A stretch of DNA of 64,000 nucleotides from Candidatus Marinacidobacterales bacterium (GCA_965224085.1 CBDCYI010000011.1:192001-256000); one strand, 5' to 3'. Shown: positions 1 through 10,573, numbered from the stretch's first letter. Translations and numbers: made by a program. Notes: generated from the sequence alone by a model not told the origin.

Positions 1-178
1 TTGCTTCATGATTCACAACGGCGAACACAAAACGGCGGGGGGTTTCGAGAAGATCGTGAAAGCCGCGATGAAAATGAATTCATCAGGGAAGCGGAAGTAT
101 TCCGGCAGTGAGATACTCAGTTCACTGGCGACTAGGTGAAGGTATAGTCTACGCCACGGGAAACCGTGGAATCACGTG
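1..178 (+). mobile_element. 3' part of a group I intron in 23S rRNA (site equivalent to E. coli L1951)
   Basis: S/P7'-like GAAGGTATAGTC at 138-149, P9 hairpin CCACGG-GAAA-CCGTGG at 154-169, terminal G at 178 followed by conserved 23S AAGTTCCGACCTGCACGAATGG (E. coli A1952 onward). Confidence 0.9.
2..139 (+). CDS. C-terminus of intron-encoded LAGLIDADG homing endonuclease (5' partial)
   Basis: Frame 2 reads CFMIHNGEHKTAGGFEKIVKAAMKMNSSGKRKY...TR*, matching the GEHLTxxGLxKIVxxxxxMN tail of LAGLIDADG enzymes; lies inside the intron. Confidence 0.8.
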   Translation, partial: CFMIHNGEHKTAGGFEKIVKAAMKMNSSGKRKYSGSEILSSLATR

Positions 179-1130
<952 letters not shown>

Positions 1131-1193
1131 AAAATTTACTAAGGGCAAAGTTTCGCTCGCATCGCATTTAAACTCAGTGCAATGGTTGCTACC

Positions 1194-1256
1194 CGCCGTC
1201 GCTGCCTTCGGCAGCTATGGCGAGGTTCTCGCCAAGGCTACTTGCCGCGGCGAGAA
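1194..1256. repeat. Two tandem GC-rich hairpins (REP-like) in the 23S-5S spacer
   Basis: CGCC-GTC-GCTGCC-TTC-GGCAGC-TAT-GGCG (1194-1222) and TTCTCGCC...GGCGAGAA (1226-1256). Confidence 0.6.
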
Positions 1257-1271
1257 GATATTCTAAAGGGT

Positions 1272-1391
<120 letters not shown>

Positions 1392-1428
1392 TATAACTCA
1401 AACGCCCGACTTCCTCGGAAGGGGGATG

Positions 1429-3321
1429 GTCGAGTAGCTCAGCCATTCGGCTTTCGCCCTCACAGATCCGAGCGTGCGGCTTTCCCGCACTCGGCTCCTC
1501 CTGAAGGTATACCCGAAATCAGACAAGGCAAGGTAGTCGGGACGGAGTGAGGTGAGGGACTGGTAGGGGAAAGCGCTCCAACAACAAGTGAAAACGAGGC
1601 CAGGTCATTCGGCGCTGACTCCGCCGACGAAGGCTTCGAAACCACAACCGTGTCACCTCCTCAGAAAAGGATTGGAGAGAGCGGATGTTGCTGGGAAGTC
1701 CGTAGTACGCGTAGTGACCGCGCAGCACCTGGCAAAGCCAGCGATGCTGGACGGCGACTGGAGCATGCATACGTTGCTTCGCGCGAAGCCGTAGCGACTT
1801 GAGTTTGGCTCGTAGCCGCTGGCTCTGCGTTTTGCGCTTCACGACGAAACGGCCATCGCGGGTTCTCCCACAATAATGAGTGAAACCCAGGAAAGCGAAC
1901 GTCGCACACCGCCGAAGGCCCCGTTGCTCGCGTGACAAGGAAGGTAATCTCCCGAACTCGAGCAAACGGGTCTTGTTCTCGTGGAGCGCAAGCCCGAATC
2001 GGGCTAGTCGCTCCTTGAGCGCTCTCATCATCCTGCTGGCATCGGTCCGATGCTGGAAGCCCATGACGAAGTCGTCAGCGTATCGCACGATGGAAATACG
2101 GCCTTGTGCTTCGAGCCGGCGCCATCGATGAACCCACAGATCTAGAACGTAGTGCAGAAAGACGTTAGCCAAGAGCGGGCTCACACCTGCCCCTTGCGGT
2201 GTCCCTTCAGTTGTCTCGCTCCACTCTCCTTTCTCCAGTACGCCGGCTCGCAACCACTGACGGATGAGTCGAAGGATGCGTTTGTCGGCGACCCGGTGCG
2301 AAAGCATCCGCATCAACCACTCGTGGTCCACCGAGTCGAAGAACTTGCGGATGTCCGCGTCGAGAACCCAGTTCACGCGTTGCGTCATGAGCGCGGTGTG
2401 GAGCGCGTGCAACGCTTGGTGCGGGCTCCGTCCGGGCCGAAACCCGTACGAGAACCCGATGAAATCGACTTCGTAGACGGCGCTCAAAACCTCGGCTACC
2501 GCTCCTTGGACAATCTTGTCTTCCAGTGCGGGGATGCCAAGAGGGCGCTTTCCGCCATCCGACTTAGGAATGTACACGCGCCGCACCGGTAGTGGTCGGT
2601 AGCGACCGGCGTGTACCCGCGAGCAAAGATCCTTGATGTTGCTCACGAAGTTCTTCTCGTAATCGGCGACAGTCTCTCCGTCGACACCAGCGCTTGCGCT
2701 GCGCTTCAACCGACGAAACGCTCGATAGAGCGCTTCGTGATCCACGTGATGCAGCAACGCAGTGAACCGAGCCTTTCTATCTCGCTTCGCTGCTTCGTTC
2801 ACCCGCGTGAGATTTGGCGGTAAGGCGACCCGGCGCTGTGTCCGGACCTTAGCCCTCTCCCGTGGGTTCCCTCCAGGCCGATCCCTTCCCTCCACCATCT
2901 CGTTGCCTTCGATAGCTTCCTCAGTACTATGAATCGGTCCGACTTCCGGCCTCAGCTCAGCACCGCGCTTCGGTTTTCCCTTGCGCGACGCCCCCATCGG
3001 TGACCATTCCGATGGACCCGGCCGGACCTCCTGGGTCCCGAAAGGAACTCTTCGTACGTGATGTGGTCCACGACCCCGGCGGAGCGTAACCATCTCGCGA
3101 TAGCGATGGCCCACATGCTGCCTTCATTGACGGGAATCAACTCGGCCTTCCGCGATATTCAGCATTTCGAGGCTACATTCACACACCCTGCACGACCCCT
3201 GTCTACGCTTCGGACCCCGCGTTGCCACGACGCCCGCAAGACTCGGTCCCGACCTGTCCGCTACGACTTTTGGTCGGATTGGACTTCCACCCATAGGCTC
3301 CTTTCAGTTAGCCCAGCGCAC
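1429..3321 (-). mobile_element. Complete group II intron (bacterial class E-like)
   Basis: 5' GTGCG at 3321; domain V GAGCCGAGTGCGGGAAAGCCGCACGCTCGGATC at about 1465-1497; domain VI ending CTACTCGAC at 1429; internal RT ORF. Confidence 0.92.
1519..2898 (-). CDS. ltrA: Group II intron reverse transcriptase/maturase, no endonuclease domain (start uncertain)
   Basis: RFTALLHHV, RPLGIP, GFSYGFRPGRS, GTPQG, RYADDF motifs followed by X domain; no HNH tail. Confidence 0.93.
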   Translation of the reverse strand: MVEGRDRPGGNPRERAKVRTQRRVALPPNLTRVNEAAKRDRKARFTALLHHVDHEALYRAFRRLKRSASAGVDGETVADYEKNFVSNIKDLCSRVHAGRYRPLPVRRVYIPKSDGGKRPLGIPALEDKIVQGAVAEVLSAVYEVDFIGFSYGFRPGRSPHQALHALHTALMTQRVNWVLDADIRKFFDSVDHEWLMRMLSHRVADKRILRLIRQWLRAGVLEKGEWSETTEGTPQGAGVSPLLANVFLHYVLDLWVHRWRRLEAQGRISIVRYADDFVMGFQHRTDASRMMRALKERLARFGLALHENKTRLLEFGRLPSLSREQRGLRRCATFAFLGFTHYCGRTRDGRFVVKRKTQSQRLRAKLKSLRLRAKQRMHAPVAVQHRWLCQVLRGHYAYYGLPSNIRSLQSFSEEVTRLWFRSLRRRSQRRMTWPRFHLLLERFPLPVPHLTPSRLPCLV

Positions 3322-3341
3322 TCCCGCCGGATGTTGAACCC

Positions 3342-3590
3342 GGGAATTATAAGAAACGATTGACAAGGCACCCGTGATCGTGTATTCTACGATCATGATG
3401 ACGCGATACAACTCCCCAGGGCGAGGGCACCGGGAAGGCATAACCGTTGTTCAGCTCATGGACATGTTCCCGACCGATGAAGCGGCAACCAAATGGTTCG
3501 AGGCTGCAATCTGGCATGGCACTCGGTGCTGCGGACATTGCGGTAGCCTCAGCACCAGCGAAGTCCCGAACGAAAAGCCGATGCCCTTGC
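3342..3590 (+). mobile_element. IS1595-family left end and transposase N-terminus, truncated
   Basis: Terminal GGGAATTAT-like sequence; peptide PGRGHREGITVVQLMDMFPTDEAATKWF...CGHCGS...KPMP (first half of IS1595 Zn ribbon). Confidence 0.75.
3360..3388 (+). promoter_or_regulatory. Sigma70-type promoter inside the IS1595 end
   Basis: TTGACA-17 bp-TATTCT; ATG at 3395 suggests a leaderless transcript. Confidence 0.65.
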
Positions 3591-4090
3591 ACGATGCCCC
3601 GGTCGGCACCGTTATCGCCGAGGCCGAGCGCTCGGCGGAGGTGACGCATGCGCATCCGGAGGCACGGTGCGGCGCCGCGGCGACCGCGTTAGCCGCGCGG
3701 TTGGCCGCAAGGAGTCGAGACGTGCCGTGCCCCGGTTCCGACCCTCTCTTCGCTCTGGTTGGTGCGCCGCTCGACGCCACCTTGCGCGTGGCGAGAGGCC
3801 TGGCGGAAGCGCAGCAACTCGGCCCCGGTGCTAGCCTGGAGGACGCGGTGGCGGCGCTCGGCAATGGATCGAAAGTCAGCTGCCCGGACACCGTTCCGCT
3901 CGCGCTCTGGATTGCGTTTCGCCATTTGGACGATTTCGAGCTCGCCGTGCGGCACGCGTTAGCGGCTGGCGGGGACACGGATACGGTGGCGGCCATCGTC
4001 GGCGGTGTCGTCGCCTCGCGAGTCGGGCTCGACGGGATTCCTGCCGCGTGGCGAAAGAGGGTGGAGCCGGTTCCTACGCAGCTGGGCTAG
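3590..4090 (+). pseudogene. ADP-ribosylglycohydrolase C-terminal half fused in frame to IS1595 N-terminus
   Basis: SAEVTHAHPEA, DTVPLALW, GGDTDTVAAIVGG motifs. Confidence 0.85.
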
Positions 4091-4141
4091 ATAGACCATC
4101 GCGTTTCGTCTTCGTCTACATGACGGAGGTAGAACGACGTT

Positions 4142-4380
4142 ATGGCTCAGGAGAGCGTGGCGCACCGCGTACGGTCGACGAGTACCCGCAGATGGTCGAG
4201 GTGGGAGTCTCTCGGAGGAAGAACGGGTGGAGCTCATCGGCGGGTGGTGCGTGCGTTGAGCACGAAGAGCCTGGCTCACTCTCTCACGACCCTCGGAGCC
4301 TACGATCTCTTTCGTGAAGCGCTGGTGGATCGCGCGGGCATCTACATGGAGACGGCACTTCGTTTGGAGGCTACGACCCA
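4142..4380 (+). pseudogene. Uma2-family endonuclease N-terminal remnant (frameshifted)
   Basis: Across frames: TVDEYPQMVEVG / LSEEERVELIGG / LSTKSLAH...FREALVDRA. Confidence 0.65.
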
Positions 4381-4573
4381 TCCGACCGGGTCTCCGCCGT
4401 CATTCATGACGGAGTACTCGGCGCGCTGTTCCCAGTCGGTGAGGTTCTCCCCCCAGTGGCCGTGCTGCTCGATGAAGTTCATTGGCCCAATTCTGTCAGT
4501 CACCAGCTCAATCGAGACGGAACCGAGAGCGATAGCAGAACAAGAAACCGCATGTGTCGCATGACGAACACCA

Positions 4574-4915
4574 CTACTTGGGTGGATAGCCGGTCAAGAC
4601 GAAGTCCATGCCCGTGGCGTGGCAGCCGAAGCACAGGGGAAGGCCGTTGCCCGCCCCGACAACGTCACGGCTGTCTTCCGTGTTGGTCGTTTCGTACCAG
4701 AACCAACCCTGCCCCCCGGCGCTGTCCGCTTGGGTTTTGACCATCACCGCCCAGCCGACAAGCTCCGAGCCGTCCGCGCTGTACATTTCCTTCACGATTG
4801 ATGAGCCCGCCGGACGCGAGGCATTCCCTGCCGCGAGAGAGGCGTCGATCTTGGCGTCCAAGTAGACGCGAACCGGCCAGTTGAACTTGGCATGGGGCCC
4901 CGAGACGTGGATAGC
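4574..4915 (-). pseudogene. Cytochrome P460-family c-type cytochrome, 5' truncated
   Basis: GSSIVKEMY, AVMVK, GWFWYE and C-terminal CFGCH heme motif; no signal peptide upstream. Confidence 0.7.
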
Positions 4916-4926
4916 AACTTGGAACT

Positions 4927-5268
4927 TTATCGTGGGCGCGGGTTGCGGGGCCGGAACAGATTCTCGCCCGTGGTCTCGTCCATCTTGCTGCCGAGCTCGT
5001 CGAGCTCACCGGCAAGCGCCTTCAGAAAAAACTTGAAGGTCAGGGGACGAAGGACGTCGACGAAATCCTTGCTGGCGAGAAGCGCTTTGAGACGCGATTT
5101 CTGGAGTGCGCTAGAAAGCGTGAACTGCACGCCGTGTAGTGGCAGGCCCTCGAAGCCCTTCTCGCGTGCTCCGGCGCGTCGGCTCCAAACGACGCGAGCC
5201 GCGATCTCGTGCGGCCGGGGCTGCTGGTAGAAGGAGAGCTTGAGCTCGACCGCGCTCCCGTGCGCCAG
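4927..5268 (-). pseudogene. PilZ-domain protein C-terminal part (paralogue of 19995-20452)
   Basis: IAARVVWSRR...HGVQF; clear nucleotide similarity to 20022-20314; RxxxR N-terminus missing. Confidence 0.8.
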
Positions 5269-5705
5269 CACGATCGTGGGCATGACTCCCGATGGGGGGC
5301 AGCGCGCACCTGTTTTTCCGTCTCGGTGATCGCAGCAAGTTCGGAACGGAGCGGTTCCGGCAAACCGTCGAGCTCGACATCATCGCCGCAGGTCAGGCCT
5401 TCTTCTAAACACCGGGCGCTGAACTCTGCGGATCGGCTGTCCACGAGCACCAGGCCAGCGACTTCGCTCGGATGTGTCCTCGCGTAGAGCTCCATGAGCG
5501 TACCGCCGAGGGAGTGGCCGACGAGAACGTAAGGAGGACGACGGCCCGTGGATTGGAGCACCTGGCGGAGCTCGTCCACCATGCGAGCGCCGTCCCGGGG
5601 CCGCGGCCCCGGATCGCTACCGCCGTACCCGGCGCGGTCGTAAGCAAAGACGCCCCAAAAGCGCGCGACCTCGGGCAGAACCTGGACCCAAAGAGGTGCT
5701 AGCCC
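5268..5705 (-). pseudogene. Alpha/beta hydrolase internal remnant
   Basis: YDRAGYGGSD, PPYVLVGHSLGG, VAGLVLVDS, PTIVLAHG; both ends lost. Confidence 0.8.
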
Positions 5706-5710
5706 GAGTC

Positions 5711-5869
5711 GGAGCGTCGGAGCGCTCGCTCGATTTGCTGGAGTGGCTCCTCAGCGTTCCGTCGGAAATGTCCGTCCCCTGGATCGCTGCCGATCCATCC
5801 TTCGACTCTCTGCGAGACCACGCTCGCTATCGCGAACTTGCGGCCGCCGGCTGGAGAAGCCCGAATTAG
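5711..5869 (+). pseudogene. C-terminal tail of a TPR (kinase/wHTH-TPR type) protein
   Basis: SLDLLEWLLSVPSEMSVPWIAADPSFDSLRDHARYREL, same DPxFDxLRxxxR[FY] tail as at about 27040-27110. Confidence 0.65.
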
Positions 5870-5954
5870 AAAAACGGGATGAGCCCTACGGGCGATGCCG
5901 TTGTGTGCCGAAATTCAGCCGGATCGCCCTCAAAGTAATAATGATAGAAGCCCT

Positions 5955-6107
5955 AATCCCGTTTGTGAACCCGCTGACGAACTTCCTCAACTAAACGGGA
6001 CAAGATGTTCGGCGGGATTCGTATCCCTCGCCGCGATCTTGCTCGCGCCTGCGCTCCATCGCATGCTGCACAAGCTGCATCTCGAGGAGACGAAGGACGC
6101 ACAATAA
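5955..6107 (+). pseudogene. Remnant of a small conserved membrane protein
   Basis: VNPLT...ILLAPALHRMLHKLHLE resembles a recurring small-protein C-terminus; frames broken. Confidence 0.45.
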
Positions 6108-6184
6108 CTCCTTTGGAGGAGGTTTCATTCGTGCGGCTTCGCATCGTGAGCGAGGCTTGGGCTATTGGCTGTAGCGTCCGTCCC

Positions 6185-7252
6185 TCAAGGTGCAATCGGG
6201 ACTAGGCTCCACCCGTCGCTCTCGGTGAACTCGCGGGCCGAAAAACACCAGATGACTACGCGCTTGCCTTCCCAGTAATCGGGGTCGCGTTGCGCCCGCC
6301 GGAGCAAGTTGACCCGCGCAGGCGTCGCTCCGGATCCGCGCACCGCCACGAGGTCGACGGCCATGCCGAGCTCGAGCGCGAGTTGATCGGGGAGACCTGA
6401 GCCGGTGGCGTGCATGTCGTCGCCGCTATGGAACACCAAGTTGTGACTGTCACCCAGGAGCAGGATGGGGCTCGCCGGATCAGGCGCGACGGGTCTGGCA
6501 TCGCCGCCCGCGCCTCGAACAACCCGGCGTAGACGGAGCTCCTCGCGGGCAACGCTATCGTCCTCGAGATCTTGGAAAAGATCGCCCGTGATGGTGGTCG
6601 CGTACCACTGGTGAGCGAAATCTTCCGTATCGAGCTCTGCAAACCATGGCCGCTGCCGTACCATGTCGGCTATCGCCTTGGCCACGAGGACACATGCGGT
6701 ACCCGACCAGTGCGTATCCTGGCGGCAGTAGACGGGACCTTCTGGGTGAGACCGATTATCCAGAAGAAATTGGGTGAGGTCCATCACCGTCACGCCTTTG
6801 CTTCGTAGCAGCTCGTAGAACAATTGATGCGCCGGATCGAGCCGAGGCGGCGGGCTCGGCAAGCTCGAGTTCGAGGCGAGCATGTCGGCATAGACGATGC
6901 TCTTGGGCGGCACCGGTACGAGGATGAGCTCCACGCCGATGGTGTCGAGCTGTCTTTTGAAAGCGAGGATGGCCGGCAGCGGATCGGCGTTCTCCGGTTT
7001 GCGCGCGCGGCTGACGCGGGGCGCGTTTTCCCCCCAGAATGGGCCCACCCCGATGTGCCGGAGCTCGGGACCGAAGAACAACCAGCCCTCCCGGCCGCGG
7101 ATGGTGATGGTTTGCGCCCGCTCGGCTTCTGCCGCCAGCGCGGCGTAATCCTCCGTCAACCCAATTTCTGAATCGACCGGCTTTTCCACGGCACAGGCCA
7201 AAAGCCCTGCGAGAGCGACGACGAGAGCAGACCGCGCGGCGGTGATGGGCAT
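6185..7252 (-). CDS. AlgJ/AlgX-like SGNH O-acetyltransferase, lipoprotein
   Basis: GREGWLF, VPVPPK, DTHW, LLLGDSH motifs; lipobox LLAC. Confidence 0.88.
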   Translation of the reverse strand: MPITAARSALVVALAGLLACAVEKPVDSEIGLTEDYAALAAEAERAQTITIRGREGWLFFGPELRHIGVGPFWGENAPRVSRARKPENADPLPAILAFKRQLDTIGVELILVPVPPKSIVYADMLASNSSLPSPPPRLDPAHQLFYELLRSKGVTVMDLTQFLLDNRSHPEGPVYCRQDTHWSGTACVLVAKAIADMVRQRPWFAELDTEDFAHQWYATTITGDLFQDLEDDSVAREELRLRRVVRGAGGDARPVAPDPASPILLLGDSHNLVFHSGDDMHATGSGLPDQLALELGMAVDLVAVRGSGATPARVNLLRRAQRDPDYWEGKRVVIWCFSAREFTESDGWSLVPIAP

Positions 7253-7262
7253 GATGATGCTT

Positions 7263-8954
7263 TCACTCCTGGCCGACAGGTTGGGACTCGGCCCACCACG
7301 GCTGCGCCAAACGGATCGTGTCGTCCTGAAGCTCGGCACGGTTGATGCGCTCGAGCTCATCCGCGACCTCGGACCAGGGGATCATACGGAGGCGAACGGT
7401 CTGGCCCGGCTGAAAGGTCGCGACCGGAGTCAGAACATTGTTCCGCATGCTCCACATATACACGAGGGCGTGATCGCCGGCGGCGATGCCCTCCTCGAGA
7501 ACCACCTCGGCAAGATGTAGAGCCACGATATGATCCTTATAGGGCACCGTGCCGGGACGCGGCGGCAGTGCCAAATCGGCAATGATCCCCCGGACGAAAA
7601 TCTCTTCACCCGCCGGTACGAGGAACGTGGATGTCCCGCTTGGCGCCTCACCCGGGTCGATCAGCTTCCAGTCGCCCCGGGACAGCTCGCGCTCGGCGAA
7701 CTGATAAATGACCACACGCTTGCCCGCGAGACGGTCGCGCCCCCGGCGCAGCTCGTCCGCCAGCGTCTCGCGCGCGGCGAAGGCGCCGTCGTCATTGCGG
7801 GTCAGCCGGTCGATCGGTCGTTCGAGCACATAGCTCAACTGCTCCACCAGCCCCCCACTTTCACCCCATCCCATGACGCCGAGAGAGAACACATTGCTGA
7901 AGCTATCACCGAGAACGAGCACATCCGCCGAGCCGTCAGCGCGCCACGATTCACCCGACGACGTCATGATGGATCGAATCTCCACACGCTCCGGTGGATA
8001 GGCGGTGCCCGTGCCCGATAGGTCGAGGAGCTCGGCGATATCGCCCGTGTTCGACACCTCGGTTTCCACCACTTCGTAGCCCGGGGATTCCACGTTCGGC
8101 AGATCGAACTGGTCGGAGACAAAGACGCCGAGCTGTCGGGCGATCACTTGCATCGTTTCTGGTCGCCAGTGCGTGTCGGTGGCCAGGTAAAGGGGCGTGC
8201 GGCTCCGGCGCTTCAACTCGAGCATCACCGGGGCGGGGTCGAATACGAGCACACCCGCCTCTCGGAGCTCGCTCAAGAAGCCCTGGCGCGATGGGTTGTC
8301 GATCCAATCGTTGGGGCTCGCGAGGCGTGAGAGTTGCTCAGGATGAACGGACGGTTTGACCGGGGTGGGGACGACAATCAGCTCGATATCCCGCAGAGCG
8401 AGCTCTTCCGCGAAGGTCAGGATGGCCGATCGTGGATCGGGCTGGGGCGGCGCGGTGATGGTGTCGCCGAGCGCGGCGCGGCGGGCGAGCTGGCGCTCGC
8501 TGAGAAAACCCGGTCCTGTCACATGGTCCACATCCGGCTTGAAGAACAGCCAGCCAGCCCTTCCCTGCCACACCTGCTCTGTACCGGCGCCGACCGCCGT
8601 AAGGAGGTTCTGTGCGCGGGGCCGGATGGCCTTGGCCAGCCAGTTCTCATGCTCCAGCCGATCGCTCCATTGGTTGATCCGCGCGAGTAGCCGTCGGTTG
8701 GCGGTGAAGAGTCCTCGCGTCGTTTGGCGCTTGTCGTTCGTCGGTGCGTTTGGGCTCGTCGTTATCGACGGCGAGGTGGCCAACAGGCCGGAGCCTATTT
8801 GTGCCAGCGGCCCGCCAGAGATCATTGCGAGGAATACAACCAGCAAGACGTAGGCCGTTGCCGGGCTCACCGCAGTTTGGCCGACCTCGGTCCGCGCGAG
8901 GGCCACCCGTTCGAGCTGATCGGGCGAGATCCTTCGGCGCTCTTCTGGTCTCAT
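7263..8954 (-). CDS. AlgJ/AlgX-like O-acetyltransferase with N-terminal TM helix and extra C-terminal domain
   Basis: GRAGWLFF, VPTPVK, TDTHW, VLGDSFSN; about 105-aa C-terminal extension. Confidence 0.88.
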   Translation of the reverse strand: MRPEERRRISPDQLERVALARTEVGQTAVSPATAYVLLVVFLAMISGGPLAQIGSGLLATSPSITTSPNAPTNDKRQTTRGLFTANRRLLARINQWSDRLEHENWLAKAIRPRAQNLLTAVGAGTEQVWQGRAGWLFFKPDVDHVTGPGFLSERQLARRAALGDTITAPPQPDPRSAILTFAEELALRDIELIVVPTPVKPSVHPEQLSRLASPNDWIDNPSRQGFLSELREAGVLVFDPAPVMLELKRRSRTPLYLATDTHWRPETMQVIARQLGVFVSDQFDLPNVESPGYEVVETEVSNTGDIAELLDLSGTGTAYPPERVEIRSIMTSSGESWRADGSADVLVLGDSFSNVFSLGVMGWGESGGLVEQLSYVLERPIDRLTRNDDGAFAARETLADELRRGRDRLAGKRVVIYQFAERELSRGDWKLIDPGEAPSGTSTFLVPAGEEIFVRGIIADLALPPRPGTVPYKDHIVALHLAEVVLEEGIAAGDHALVYMWSMRNNVLTPVATFQPGQTVRLRMIPWSEVADELERINRAELQDDTIRLAQPWWAESQPVGQE

Positions 8955-8960
8955 GCCGCT

Positions 8961-10457
8961 TCAGAAAATGAAATAGATGAACGGATTGTAGGCTTGTGTC
9001 GCAAGCACGGAAATGGCGACACTCAGCAGAACGAGGATCACGGCCGCCTTGGTGACCGAGATGGAACGTGTCCAATCCCAGGTCTGTGGGGCCACCCAGG
9101 TAACGAGGGAGGCCATGGCGAACGTCGTCAGAAAATACGGCTGGTACAGCAGCCCGGATACCAGAAGCGCCGCGGGCCCCGCTTCGCCGAGACCGAACAT
9201 CCGGCCGAGGTACGAAATGGCGCTGGCGAGGTCGGGGCTTCGGAAGAACACCCAGGTGATCAACACGATGCCAAAGGTCACCGCGATCCGAGCCCGGCGA
9301 GGGAAGCGCCCATACCAGGCGTCCTTGCCCCGTCTCCGCTCGACCGCGAGGAGGACGCCGTGAATCCCACCCCAGACCACGAAGTTCCAGGCGGCCCCAT
9401 GCCAGAGCCCTCCCAGCAGCATCACGAGCGCCAGGTTGACATGGGTCCGAGCTTCGCCGCGGCGATTTCCCCCCAGCGGTATATACAGGTAATCGCGCAA
9501 CCAGGAAGAGAGTGAGATATGCCAGCGCCTCCAGAATTCGGTGATCGACGCCGACAAATAGGGCGAGTCGAAGTTCTTAGGGAACACGAAACCGAGCATG
9601 AGACCGAGACCGATCGCCATGTCGGAGTAGCCGCTGAAATCGAAGTAGATCTGAAACGCGTAGGCGGTCACACCGTACCACGCATCGAGCGGGGTGATCG
9701 AGCCGGCGCCAAAGGCCACATCGGCGATGCTCCCGCAGGGGTTGGCCAGGAGCACTTTCTTCGCCAGACCGAGGCTTAAGAAAGCGACACCCCGGGCGAA
9801 CTTCGCTACCGTATGGGATCGGCGCGCCAGCTGGTCGGCGATCTCGGAGAAGCGCACGATCGGACCCGCCACCAGCTGCGAGAACATCGATACGTAACAA
9901 GCGAAGTCGATTAAATTTCGGAGGGGCGTCACTTGGCCCCGATAGATGTCGATGGTGTAGCTCATCGACTGGAAAGTGTAGAAGCTGATCCCGAGCGGTA
10001 GTGTCACCCGAAAAACCAGTTCGAGCTGCAGTGCCTCCACTCCGAACCAGCTCCCGACGGCGCTGACGTTCTCGGCCGCGAAGTTGAAGTATTTGAAAAA
10101 CCCGAGAAGGGAGAGGTTGGAGACCAGCGAGCAGATCAGCGCAAGACGCTGCCGGCGTGAACGAGGTCCGTCGGCAGGAAGAGCAACCAAAGGACCGGCC
10201 CATTGCTCGGCGGTTCGACGCGCTGCAAACAAGCGGGCCAGCCAAACCGGACCTCGCCCGACCAAGAAGAGACCGCAGAGATAGTCGACGAGCGTGGAGA
10301 AAAGCAGCAAGACGACGAACAAGGGATTCGCCCACCCGTAGAACAAGTAACTGCCCAGCGTGAGGATGAGGTGTCTCGCCCGAAGGGGCGCCGCGTAATA
10401 AAGACCGATCGCCGCCGGGAGGAAATAGAAAAGGAAGACGTGCGAGCTGAACACCAT
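8961..10457 (-). CDS. algI: MBOAT O-acyltransferase (AlgI/DltB family)
   Basis: MVFSS.FL, LPLGISFYTFQ, QIYFDFSGYSDMAIG, FWRRWHISLS, GLWHGA. Confidence 0.95.
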   Translation of the reverse strand: MVFSSHVFLFYFLPAAIGLYYAAPLRARHLILTLGSYLFYGWANPLFVVLLLFSTLVDYLCGLFLVGRGPVWLARLFAARRTAEQWAGPLVALPADGPRSRRQRLALICSLVSNLSLLGFFKYFNFAAENVSAVGSWFGVEALQLELVFRVTLPLGISFYTFQSMSYTIDIYRGQVTPLRNLIDFACYVSMFSQLVAGPIVRFSEIADQLARRSHTVAKFARGVAFLSLGLAKKVLLANPCGSIADVAFGAGSITPLDAWYGVTAYAFQIYFDFSGYSDMAIGLGLMLGFVFPKNFDSPYLSASITEFWRRWHISLSSWLRDYLYIPLGGNRRGEARTHVNLALVMLLGGLWHGAAWNFVVWGGIHGVLLAVERRRGKDAWYGRFPRRARIAVTFGIVLITWVFFRSPDLASAISYLGRMFGLGEAGPAALLVSGLLYQPYFLTTFAMASLVTWVAPQTWDWTRSISVTKAAVILVLLSVAISVLATQAYNPFIYFIF

Positions 10458-10573
10458 GAGTGATCACACGGCAAGCTCAGAGGACACGCGGCGCTGATCG
10501 TGACATCGTTCGGGCTCCCGGCTCGCAGAGATCGACTCGAGTCTCGGCGCGGTGCGAGAGCGGCGCGACAAGG

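Noticed and set aside
1421-1460. tRNA-like GAGTAGCTCAGC after 5S
   Set aside because: It is the reverse complement of group II intron domain VI; no T arm or acceptor stem
1519-3114. RT as retron, DGR or CRISPR-associated RT
   Set aside because: Flanked by GTGCG and domains V/VI with a maturase domain; no template/variable repeat pair, msr-msd or cas genes
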